A DNA stretch of 64,000 nt, from contig JAKEFJ010000059.1 in NCBI GenBank assembly GCA_022616665.1, forward strand, positions 25,276 through 89,275, read 5' to 3'. Shown here piece by piece: positions 27,486 to 35,566 of the stretch. The stretch comes from Acidobacteriota bacterium. Its GTDB lineage: Bacteria > Acidobacteriota > Polarisedimenticolia > Gp22-AA2 > AA152. Position 1 is the first letter of the stretch; every line of letters starts with the position of its first letter. Position numbers and translations under genes: made by a program. The notes below the pieces were generated by a model. The model was not told the origin of the DNA. It worked only from the letters and a program-made list of their open reading frames with translations, and ran no database searches.

Positions 27486-28884
27486 ATCGATTGCCGTTCC
27501 CGCGCGCTGGGGTTGGGAAACGCGGGTTTCCCTCGCGGCAATGGCATCGGTCTTCGTCATGGTGTCTGCATGGCTCTACTTCGGCCTTCCGGTGCTGCTG
27601 CTTCCTGTTCTGATCGGCACGGGCGTCCTGGTGGTGTTGACCCTTCGCCACCCGATCATCGGCGTGTTGACCGTGGTGGCGGCCCAATATCTTCCCCTGC
27701 GTATCGAGGGACTGACCTTCCTCCAGCTTGTCGGCGGTGGCGTCGCGTTGTTGTGCCTCGTCTACTGCGCGCTCACTCGCCGCGGCCTGGTTTTCAGCTG
27801 GATCGTGCTGCCTATCGTGGCACTCGTGCTCCACACTCTCCACTCATTCAACTACACGCATGATGTCGTGGTGACTCAATATGTAGTGCGGAAACTGTTT
27901 CTGAACATCCTCTACTGCCTCTTGCTGGTCAACATCGTGGATGACTTCAAAAAGCTTCGGGGGCTCCTCTGGGTGATTGTCGGCATGGCCATGGTCAATG
28001 GCTTTGTTGGAGCGATTCAGTTTTCCGGGGTTTCCGGGGGAGTCGCCGAAGGATTCCGGTCCAAGGGACTCCAGGAAAATGAGAATCAGCTCGGAGAGCT
28101 TTCAGCCGTGGGACTCATGGTGGCAATTTATGCGTTTCTTTACGGCGATCGGCGGTGGAAGCAGCTGCTGGGACTGATGGTGTGCGTGGCCCTTTCCCTG
28201 GGACTGGTGACCTCGATCTCCCGAGGCGCCGTCCTCGCCTTGGTGGTGGGTATGGTCTGGATCGCGATTCGGGAGAGCCGTCGACGAATGCGAATGGCCG
28301 TCATTGGCATCCTCATTCTCCTGGCTTTTCCCCTCCTGCCCGAGTCTTTCTTCGACCGATTCCGAAAGCTCAATACCGACATGCGAGGCACCGTCGTGCT
28401 CTCCCAGAGAACGGGTCTGACCACTCGAGGCTATTACAATAAGGCCGGCATCAAAATCTGGAAGGCCCATCCAATCCTCGGCGTGGGATTGGGGAACTAC
28501 GGCTACTATTATGTACAGCCCGAATTCAATCCGGGACTGATGGGAGGCAAGAAGCTACCCCCGCACAACATCTACGTTCAGGCGCTCGCCGAGACCGGTG
28601 TCGTTGGATTTACGGCGCTTTGCTGGTGGATCGCCCTGGCCGGACTCAACTACTGGCGGGCGGAAAGAAAGATCTCGGAGGATCGGGGTGATCGTAGCAC
28701 CCTGAGAGCCAGCGAGGCACTGACGGTGGTAGCCTTGGTGGGTTACTTCTCAGGGGGAAGTCTCTTCAGCTCTAACCTTGCCATGATCTTGACTTTGAGC
28801 TACCTCTGTCGTCGTTGTGCGGAAAAAGTGCGGGCGTCACCTGGTGCCGATGCATACGAGACACCGGTTCTGAGTCGCGCATGA
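27469..28884 (+). CDS. Wzy_C-domain membrane protein (polymerase/ligase family), copy 2
   Basis: The ORF-track start 27388 lies inside the asnB-like gene; I chose ATG 27469. Polytopic. Hallmark PPHNIYVQALAETGVVGFTALCWW. Confidence 0.7.
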   Translation: MKWSAESIAVPARWGWETRVSLAAMASVFVMVSAWLYFGLPVLLLPVLIGTGVLVVLTLRHPIIGVLTVVAAQYLPLRIEGLTFLQLVGGGVALLCLVYCALTRRGLVFSWIVLPIVALVLHTLHSFNYTHDVVVTQYVVRKLFLNILYCLLLVNIVDDFKKLRGLLWVIVGMAMVNGFVGAIQFSGVSGGVAEGFRSKGLQENENQLGELSAVGLMVAIYAFLYGDRRWKQLLGLMVCVALSLGLVTSISRGAVLALVVGMVWIAIRESRRRMRMAVIGILILLAFPLLPESFFDRFRKLNTDMRGTVVLSQRTGLTTRGYYNKAGIKIWKAHPILGVGLGNYGYYYVQPEFNPGLMGGKKLPPHNIYVQALAETGVVGFTALCWWIALAGLNYWRAERKISEDRGDRSTLRASEALTVVALVGYFSGGSLFSSNLAMILTLSYLCRRCAEKVRASPGADAYETPVLSRA

Positions 28885-28913
28885 TGGATTCGAGGAAGGT
28901 CGGGGAGTAGACG

Positions 28914-30071
28914 GTGAGAGAAGCGGTCACCATCGGGATTTTCTGGATCGCGCTGGGGCTGTTGTGTTACGTGCATTTCGGTTATCCGCTCATCTTGGTG
29001 GCACTCAAGCGATTCAGGCCAAGGGTTGTGCGCCGGGGAGAGGTATGCCCCGCCGTTGATTTCCTAATCGGCGCCTACAATGAAGAGGGGGTGATCCGTG
29101 AAAAGCTGGAGAACTGCCTGGCCCTGGACTATCCACGGGATCGACTCCGGATCATAGTGGCTTCGGATGCCTCGACGGACCGGACCGATGCCATCGTCAT
29201 GGAGTATCAAGATCGGGGAGTTCAGCTCATCGTTTCCCCGTGCCGCCGCGGCAAGGCCGTAAACTTCCGCGAAATCGTCCCCGGGTTGAAGGGTGAGATT
29301 GTGCTGTTTTCCGATGCCGGGAGTTTCTACCGGGCGGATACCCTGCAAAAAATGATGCGCAATTTCGCGGACCCGGAAGTGGGTTGCGTGGGCGGAAGGC
29401 TCCGATACCGAAATCCCGATGCCACCTCTGTTTCGCAGGGGGAGGGTCTCTACTGGGGGTATGAGGTCTTCCTTCGGAAGTCGGAGAGCGCCATCGGCTC
29501 TGCCATGGTCCTCAGCGGTGCCGTCTACGCCATCCGCCGGGAGCTGTACCGCCCGGTTCCCGACGATCTCCCCGACGATTTTCTTTGTCCGCTCCAAGTT
29601 CTGGACCAGGGGAAGCGGGTTCTCTACGAGGCGGATACAGAAATCTCGGAAAAGATGGCGACCTCCGCACGGGCAGAGATGCTCACCAAGGTTCGCATCA
29701 TCTCGGGAAATTTCGCGGCGCTGCGCACGATGAAACACCTGCTTAACCCAGTTCGGAATCCTCTCGTGGCCCTGCAGCTCCTGTCCCATCGTCTCTTGCG
29801 CTGGTTCATCCTGCCGCTGGCCGCGCTCATGCTCCTCGCAAGTCTCCTGCTGGCCCACCGGCCCTTCTACCTGCTGGCGCTCGTGGGCCAACTCCTTTTT
29901 TATTCCCTGGCGGGAGTGGGCTGGCTGATGGATCTCGGGGGGAAGCGCTCTCGATTGGCATTCTTGCCGTATTACTTCGTTCTGGTAAACCTGGCCGCGG
30001 CCTGGGGAGCATGGAATGGGCTGGCCAACCGGGGACGTGGGACCGGGATCTGGGAGCCCGTGGAGCGATGA
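28914..30071 (+). CDS. Membrane-embedded GT2 glycosyltransferase (synthase-like: TM-GT2-TM), tandem paralog A
   Basis: N-terminal TM, then DFLIGAYNEEGVI, VASDASTDRT, LFSDAGSF (DXD-like) and GRLRYRN, followed by C-terminal hydrophobic spans. Confidence 0.8.
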   Translation: MREAVTIGIFWIALGLLCYVHFGYPLILVALKRFRPRVVRRGEVCPAVDFLIGAYNEEGVIREKLENCLALDYPRDRLRIIVASDASTDRTDAIVMEYQDRGVQLIVSPCRRGKAVNFREIVPGLKGEIVLFSDAGSFYRADTLQKMMRNFADPEVGCVGGRLRYRNPDATSVSQGEGLYWGYEVFLRKSESAIGSAMVLSGAVYAIRRELYRPVPDDLPDDFLCPLQVLDQGKRVLYEADTEISEKMATSARAEMLTKVRIISGNFAALRTMKHLLNPVRNPLVALQLLSHRLLRWFILPLAALMLLASLLLAHRPFYLLALVGQLLFYSLAGVGWLMDLGGKRSRLAFLPYYFVLVNLAAAWGAWNGLANRGRGTGIWEPVER

Positions 30072-31240
30072 GCGCCGCGGAGTTGCTGTTCTTGGGATGC
30101 ATCGGGATCATCGTATATACCTATTTCGGTTACCCGCTCGTGCTGATTGTCTGGACTGGATTGAAGCGGGCCGATCCGGAGGCGTCGGCGCCGCCTGGAA
30201 CAGACATGGGACGACCGAGCGTTTCCATGATCATCCCCGCCTATAATGAGGAAGCGGTCATCGCAAGGAAAATCCGCAACAGCCTGGAATTGGACTACCC
30301 ATCCGATCGGCTGGAAATCGTGGTGGTCTCCGACGGCTCGAGTGATGCGACGGAACGGGTGGCCAGAGAGGCGGCGGGAGGGCGGATTAGGCTCGTGTTC
30401 CGGGAAGACCACCAGGGAAAGACGGCGTGTCTCAACGCGGTGCTCCCCGACCTTACTGGCCAGATCGTCGTGTTCACCGATGCGAATGCCTTCTTCCTGC
30501 GCGACGCCCTGACGCGCCTGGTGGCACACTTCAGCGACCCCCGGGTGGGCTGCGTCATGGGGGAGCTCAACTATCGAAACGAAGGTTCCCTGAACGCGGC
30601 TTTGGGCGAAGGGCTCTACTGGCGATACGAGAATTTCATCAAGGAGCGCGAGAGTAGACTGGGATCCACCATCGTGGGCAATGGAGCGATATACGCTTTG
30701 CGCCGCAGTCTCTGCCTGCCGCTTCCCCTGGAGGTCGAGGCGGATGTGGCCAACCCGCTGTTGGCATTGCGGGCTGGCTATCGGGTGATTTTCGATCGAG
30801 GCGCGCGGTGCTGGGAAAGGGCGGCGGGAACCGTCCAGGAGGAATTCGGCAGGAAGACGCGGATTATCACCAATCAGCTCGCGACGTATCTGTACGGCTT
30901 CCGGCAACTCGCGCCTTTACCGGCCGCGGCGCTGTTCCAGATCTTCTGCCACAAGTTCCTGCGCTGGCTCGTCCCTTTCTTCCTGGCGGGAGTCGCATTG
31001 GCGAGCGCCGCCGAATCGAACGTCTCGGCGCTCTGGGGCTGGATCCTCGGATTGCAAGGGGCCTTTTACTCCCTGGCCGTGGTCGGCTGGGCCGTGGAAG
31101 TGGGGGGAAGGACGGTGCCGAAGCCTCTTTTCGTGCCTTACTATTTCTGCGCGGTCAATGCGGCGGCAGTCAAAGGAATCCTGGATTTTGTTCTGGGAAG
31201 GCGCCGAATCGTCTGGGAAAAAGCGGCCAGCACTCGATAG
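30068..31240 (+). CDS. Membrane-embedded GT2 glycosyltransferase (synthase-like), tandem paralog B
   Basis: ATG 30068 overlaps the upstream TGA (ATGA). Same block order as paralog A (SMIIPAYNEEAVI, VVSDGSSDAT, VFTDANAFF, GELNYRN), then C-terminal TM spans. Confidence 0.8.
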   Translation: MSAAELLFLGCIGIIVYTYFGYPLVLIVWTGLKRADPEASAPPGTDMGRPSVSMIIPAYNEEAVIARKIRNSLELDYPSDRLEIVVVSDGSSDATERVAREAAGGRIRLVFREDHQGKTACLNAVLPDLTGQIVVFTDANAFFLRDALTRLVAHFSDPRVGCVMGELNYRNEGSLNAALGEGLYWRYENFIKERESRLGSTIVGNGAIYALRRSLCLPLPLEVEADVANPLLALRAGYRVIFDRGARCWERAAGTVQEEFGRKTRIITNQLATYLYGFRQLAPLPAAALFQIFCHKFLRWLVPFFLAGVALASAAESNVSALWGWILGLQGAFYSLAVVGWAVEVGGRTVPKPLFVPYYFCAVNAAAVKGILDFVLGRRRIVWEKAASTR

Positions 31241-31287
31241 GGTCTGAAGCGATCGCCGGTTCAAATGTGTCGGAGGGGGGAAGGGAC

Positions 31288-32247
31288 ATGCAAGTCCTAA
31301 TCACAGGAGGCGCCGGTTTCATCGGGTCTCACCTGGCGGAAGCGTACCTGGCGCGTGGAGACGAGGTCTGGATTCTGGACGATCTTTCCACCGGGGGAAT
31401 TCGGAACGTGGAGCACCTGCGCGACCGGCCGAAGTTCCACTATCTGGTGGAGACGGTGATGAATGTCCCGGTCCTGGCCGAATCCATCGATCGGGTGGAT
31501 GCAGTGATTCATCTGGCCGCGGCGGTGGGGGTCCGGCTCATCGTGGAGAGCCCGGTGAACACCATCGAAACGAACATCAAGGGAACGGAAAACGTTCTCA
31601 TGCTCGCGAGCAAGAAGAAAAAGAAGGTTTTCATAGCTTCCACATCGGAAGTCTACGGAAAGAGCGCCAGATTGCCGTTCAAGGAAGACGATGACCTGGT
31701 TCTGGGACCTACCACCAAGGGAAGGTGGAGCTATGCCTGCTCCAAGGCCCTGGACGAATTCCTGGCAGTCGCCTACTGGAAGGAAAGGAAGCTCCCGGTG
31801 GTGATCGCCCGCCTGTTCAACACGGTGGGGCCCCGGCAGACCGGCCGCTACGGAATGGTGATTCCAACTTTCGTTCGCCAGGCGCTTTCCGGAAGTCCCA
31901 TCACGGTGTTTGGAGACGGCACGCAATCCCGGAGCTTCACCTATGTCTCGGATGTGGTGAGCGCCATCCTGGGGCTGGTGGATTCCGACCAGGCGGTCGG
32001 GCAGGTCTTCAATATCGGGAACGGAAAGGAGATCACCATTCTGGATCTGGCCAACTTGGTCAAGGGTGTCACGGGAAGCTCTTCCCAGATCGTCACCATC
32101 CCATATGATCAAGCCTATGAGGAGGGCTTCGAGGACATGCCTCGGCGAGTGCCGGATATCTCCAAGATTCGCAAGGCCATAGGCTATGAGCCCACCTTGG
32201 GGATCCGTGCGATCCTGGAAAAAGTCGTTGAATACGAGCGAAAATAG
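31288..32247 (+). CDS. Extended SDR nucleotide-sugar enzyme, ArnA-dehydrogenase/UAXS-like subgroup
   Basis: The ORF-track start 30808 overlaps the upstream gene; I chose ATG 31288 after [43 protein letters not shown] (RWxYxxSK is typical of ArnA C-terminal/UAXS-like enzymes, from memory), FNTVGPRQ. Confidence 0.75.
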   Translation: MQVLITGGAGFIGSHLAEAYLARGDEVWILDDLSTGGIRNVEHLRDRPKFHYLVETVMNVPVLAESIDRVDAVIHLAAAVGVRLIVESPVNTIETNIKGTENVLMLASKKKKKVFIASTSEVYGKSARLPFKEDDDLVLGPTTKGRWSYACSKALDEFLAVAYWKERKLPVVIARLFNTVGPRQTGRYGMVIPTFVRQALSGSPITVFGDGTQSRSFTYVSDVVSAILGLVDSDQAVGQVFNIGNGKEITILDLANLVKGVTGSSSQIVTIPYDQAYEEGFEDMPRRVPDISKIRKAIGYEPTLGIRAILEKVVEYERK

Positions 32248-32338
32248 CGTATATTTACGCCGAATTTCCTGAGAAATTAGGTAGTTGCGGTGAGAGGGGG
32301 GTTGCCTCGGCCTCCATGCGGAGGCGGGGCAGAAGCTC

Positions 32339-34126
32339 ATGGTTTCCGTCGGAGCCCTGCTGCTGGCGTTCGCGGTCTGCGTGGCCGTGACCCCGCTGGT
32401 GATCAAGCTCGCCTCGCGCTACGGTCTGGTCTCCAAACCCAAAGCCGACCGTTGGAACCTGCGCACAACCCCTCTGATGGGTGGGGTCGCCATCTATCTG
32501 GGGGTCACCGCCTCCGTGCTGAGCTTCTCGGAGCTGGGGCAGGAGATGGCCGGGGTTCTATGCGGCGGAACCCTCATTTTCCTTCTGGGTGTCATCGATG
32601 ACCTCGTACAGATCAAGCCTTCCAGTAAGTTCCTAGGCGAAATCCTGGCGGCCTGCGTGGTGTTGTATGCGGGATTGAAATTCGATCTCATACCCAATCC
32701 CTTCCTCAACATATTCTTGACCCTCTTGTGGGTCGTAGGGATCACGAACGCCTTCAATCTCCTGGACAACATGGATGGCCTCTCCGCGGGAGTCGCAGCC
32801 ATCTCAGCCCTCACGACGTTCGTCTTTTCGTTGATCCAAGGCCTTCCTGAAATTTCCATACTCTCCCTGGCGGTGCTGGGCGCAACCTTGGGCTTCCTCA
32901 TCTTCAATTTCAAGCCTGCTCGAATCTTCATGGGGGACTGTGGAAGTCTCTTTCTGGGGTTCACTCTTGCCTGCACGACCATTTTGGGTTCCTGGGAGCA
33001 AGCCTCGAACCTCTTCGGCATTCTTGCAATCCCGGCGCTTGCCTTGGGCGTTCCAATCTTCGACACGCTACTGGTGACCGTCTCCAGGGTCATCTCGGGG
33101 AGATCCGTGGCTTCGGGAGGCAGGGATCATACTTCCCACCGGCTGGTGGCTCTGGGGATGTCCGAGCGCAAAGCAGTGGTGAGTCTCTACCTCCTTTGCG
33201 GCGCCTTGGGCGCCACCGCGATCTTCAGCGTGCTTTTCAATTTGGTGGTGAGCGGCATGATCACCACGCTGTCAATCATCATGCTCGCTGTCTTCGGTTT
33301 GTACTTGGGGCAGAAGAGGGTTTATCGATACGGTCCAGAGGAAACGGACACTGCAGGAAATGGAGCGCGGGGAGGGTTCTACAACAGTTTCATCAAGCAC
33401 AAGATACGGATCCTTGAAGTGGCCATCGATACCTGCCTGATCTCCCTGGCCTTCGTGGCTTCTTATGTGCTGCGATTCGATGGAGTCATACCTCCGAGGT
33501 TCGAGCACCAGATTGCCACGACCCTGCCGGCGCTCATTGCCATTCAGCTATCGCTTTTCTACTACTTTGGCCTTTACCGGATCATTTGGGTTTATATGGA
33601 CGTCCACGACCTGGTGACCATCGCCAAGGCTGTATTTTCGGGCACGGTGGTGGTCGTGCTGGCCATCGTCGGGCTGACGCATTTCGACGGTTATTCGCGG
33701 GTGGTTTTCGTGCTGAATGCATTTCTGCTGCTGGTTTTGGTCACCGGAAGCCGCATGCTCTTCCGCTTTTTCCGGGAGTATTTCGCAGGGTTGCCACGCC
33801 GGGGTCATCGGCTGCTCATCGTAGGAGCCGGTGACGCGGGAGAAATGATCCTGCGGGAGATCCGAAACAACCCGGGGCTCGAATACCAGCCCGTGGGGTT
33901 CATAGATGACGATATCGCCAAAAGGGGAAAGCGGATTCACGGCCTCCCGGTATTTGGCGGAAGAGAGGCGCTGCCTGGAATCACCCATAGCGAAAGGGTA
34001 GACGAAATCCTCATCGCCATACCCTCCCTTTCGGAGACGGAAAGGTACCGGATCGTCGCTCTGTGTGAGAAGACCGGAAAGCGATACAAGGTCATGCAGA
34101 GTCTTGCGAAGTCCGTCCTGGGCTGA
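32339..34126 (+). CDS. Fusion protein: WecA/MraY-family polyprenyl-phosphate HexNAc-1-phosphate transferase + C-terminal 4-TM/Rossmann-like module of the WbaP/WbpM N-terminal type
   Basis: 595 aa. The N-terminal ~340 aa carry PNPT motifs (VIDDL, NAFNLLDNMDGLSAG, MGDCGSLFLGF, HTSHRL). From ~aa 345 (nt ~33372) come hydrophobic helices and then LLIVGAGDAGEMILREIRNNPGLEYQPVGFIDDDIAKRGKRIHGLPVFG. That pattern is found at the N-terminus of WbaP/CapD/WbpM-type proteins. Confidence 0.8.
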   Translation: MVSVGALLLAFAVCVAVTPLVIKLASRYGLVSKPKADRWNLRTTPLMGGVAIYLGVTASVLSFSELGQEMAGVLCGGTLIFLLGVIDDLVQIKPSSKFLGEILAACVVLYAGLKFDLIPNPFLNIFLTLLWVVGITNAFNLLDNMDGLSAGVAAISALTTFVFSLIQGLPEISILSLAVLGATLGFLIFNFKPARIFMGDCGSLFLGFTLACTTILGSWEQASNLFGILAIPALALGVPIFDTLLVTVSRVISGRSVASGGRDHTSHRLVALGMSERKAVVSLYLLCGALGATAIFSVLFNLVVSGMITTLSIIMLAVFGLYLGQKRVYRYGPEETDTAGNGARGGFYNSFIKHKIRILEVAIDTCLISLAFVASYVLRFDGVIPPRFEHQIATTLPALIAIQLSLFYYFGLYRIIWVYMDVHDLVTIAKAVFSGTVVVVLAIVGLTHFDGYSRVVFVLNAFLLLVLVTGSRMLFRFFREYFAGLPRRGHRLLIVGAGDAGEMILREIRNNPGLEYQPVGFIDDDIAKRGKRIHGLPVFGGREALPGITHSERVDEILIAIPSLSETERYRIVALCEKTGKRYKVMQSLAKSVLG

Positions 34127-34170
34127 GCCGTCAAAACCCTGTCGCTCAAGGAGTTGCATGGATTCCTCGC

Positions 34171-35562
34171 TTGACAGTGAGGAGCGGGCACCGTAGTATG
34201 ATTGCTTATCGTCCGCAAGAGGAAGGTTATCTGGTCTCAAGTGGTCGGCTGCCGAGTTTCGCCCGTTGGGCCCTCCCTGCAATGCTGGTGATGTGGATCG
34301 GCGTCCCCATGGTGTGGGGGGAGGAGCGGCTCGTGCCCATTCGGTGGGGAAGAGTCTATTTTTTCCCCTCGGTGACTATCTCCCACGGGTGGGAGGACAA
34401 TGTGCAGCGTCTGAGTGAAGAGGCTCCCGTGCTCGGGCCGATTGAAAGTGGTGTCGGGGATGTTCAACCCTTGCTTCGATTCGAATTGCCGTACCGGAAG
34501 AGCTTGCTTCGCCTGGTGTATCGGGGCGATTTTCGCACCTACTCCGCAGATATCCTCAAGGACGCGGGAGGAATGAGCCATTTTGTGGACTTCGAGAGTC
34601 ACTTCGAGGTGGGCCAGCGGATGAGGATAGACGCTGCGGTGCGCTATGCGGACACCATCACGGCGATGTTGGCGAGTGCTCCCGGGGGCGAATACCAATA
34701 CGGCACTCAACCGGTCGAGGCAAAGGAGGCGCGTCTCGGCACGGCCGTCGATCTGGGATGGACCCAGTCGCTGGAGTTCGGTGCGGTTCGGGGGGAAGCC
34801 GAGTTCCAGCCGAGCATCACCTCCAGGGTGTTCACGGATAACTCGTTCCAGAATTTGTACTTCCGCTATGTCCTCGAGAGCGGCCCACAGAACCAGATCT
34901 ACCTTTCGTGGGATCGTCAAGACGTGCAGCAGAATCAGGATGGTTTGAACTCGCTCGTGCAGCCAGGGGAGTATCGGGTTCGATCCGTGGGGGCAGGTTT
35001 CCGAAGAACCACGGGGAAGGATCTCAGCAGCGAAATCCGGGTGGCCTACAGCACTACCGACTTTACCGAGGGGATTTATACTCCCTTCCAGGGCGTGACT
35101 CTAGAGGGGGTTGTCAACCTCGCCCCCTCTCCACAGACGCAGCTGCAGCTGAGATTGCGGCGGGCCCCGCAGGTTTCCTTCTTCAACGTGAGCTCCTACT
35201 ATCTGAATGAAGCGATCGATCTCAATTTCAACCGGGCGCTGGGGAGAATGCTCGCACTTCGCCTCGCGCTGGGATCCCAGCGGAATACCTACTCCGATCC
35301 GATCCTGGTCTTGCCCAATCTCGACGGATACTTGCAACCCAGTGCGGGAGAAATACGGCAGGATCGAATCACCAATGCTTCCCTCATCATTTTCTGGCAT
35401 GCCAGTCGGTCGATGGACCTGAGCCTGGGCTATGGTCACCAGCAGGCCCGTTCGAACGTCGAGGCCCAAGGGGTCGATTCCCTTGGCCAGACCTACGATT
35501 ACCACATTTATGACTTCGAAAACCACGGCCTGATCCTGTCGGCCACACTGGGCTGGCAGTGA
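34171..35562 (+). CDS. Putative outer-membrane beta-barrel protein (polysaccharide-export associated)
   Basis: N-terminal signal-like segment (ALPAMLVMWIGVPMVWGEE). The body is rich in alternating hydrophobic/polar stretches with Y/R/G/D (e.g. LLRLVYRGDFRTYS, QIYLSWDRQD, IRVAYSTTDF, LSLGYGHQQA) and has an aromatic residue near the C-terminus (LGWQ). No recognisable enzymatic motif. Start uncertain (ATG 34198 possible). Confidence 0.45.
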   Translation: MTVRSGHRSMIAYRPQEEGYLVSSGRLPSFARWALPAMLVMWIGVPMVWGEERLVPIRWGRVYFFPSVTISHGWEDNVQRLSEEAPVLGPIESGVGDVQPLLRFELPYRKSLLRLVYRGDFRTYSADILKDAGGMSHFVDFESHFEVGQRMRIDAAVRYADTITAMLASAPGGEYQYGTQPVEAKEARLGTAVDLGWTQSLEFGAVRGEAEFQPSITSRVFTDNSFQNLYFRYVLESGPQNQIYLSWDRQDVQQNQDGLNSLVQPGEYRVRSVGAGFRRTTGKDLSSEIRVAYSTTDFTEGIYTPFQGVTLEGVVNLAPSPQTQLQLRLRRAPQVSFFNVSSYYLNEAIDLNFNRALGRMLALRLALGSQRNTYSDPILVLPNLDGYLQPSAGEIRQDRITNASLIIFWHASRSMDLSLGYGHQQARSNVEAQGVDSLGQTYDYHIYDFENHGLILSATLGWQ

Positions 35563-35566
35563 GGAG

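Noticed and set aside
30808-31287. N-terminal over-extensions in the ORF track: 30808 for the SDR, 16050 for the GT2, 11584 for the dehydrogenase, 48010 for the acetyltransferase, 50590 for yicC, 52147/52289 for rpoZ/coaBC, 59873 for aroDE, 61120 for thiF-like, 27388 for Wzy-2 and 30011 for GT2-B.
   Set aside because: The extended parts overlap the 3' ends of upstream genes in another frame and are low-complexity. Family-typical N-termini begin at internal ATG/GTG codons, often with an SD-like sequence or a 4-nt stop/start overlap. I trimmed the starts accordingly.
32248-32338. Relatively AT-rich patch (GCGTATATTTACGCCGAATTTCCTGAGAAATTAGGTAG) and a GCCTCC-ATGC-GGAGGC hairpin upstream of the WecA-type fusion gene. 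I considered them as a promoter or regulatory RNA.
   Set aside because: The hexamers fit consensus poorly (TTACGC-17-TAGGTA), and the hairpin is short without a U-tract. It may contain an internal promoter, but the evidence is too weak to annotate.
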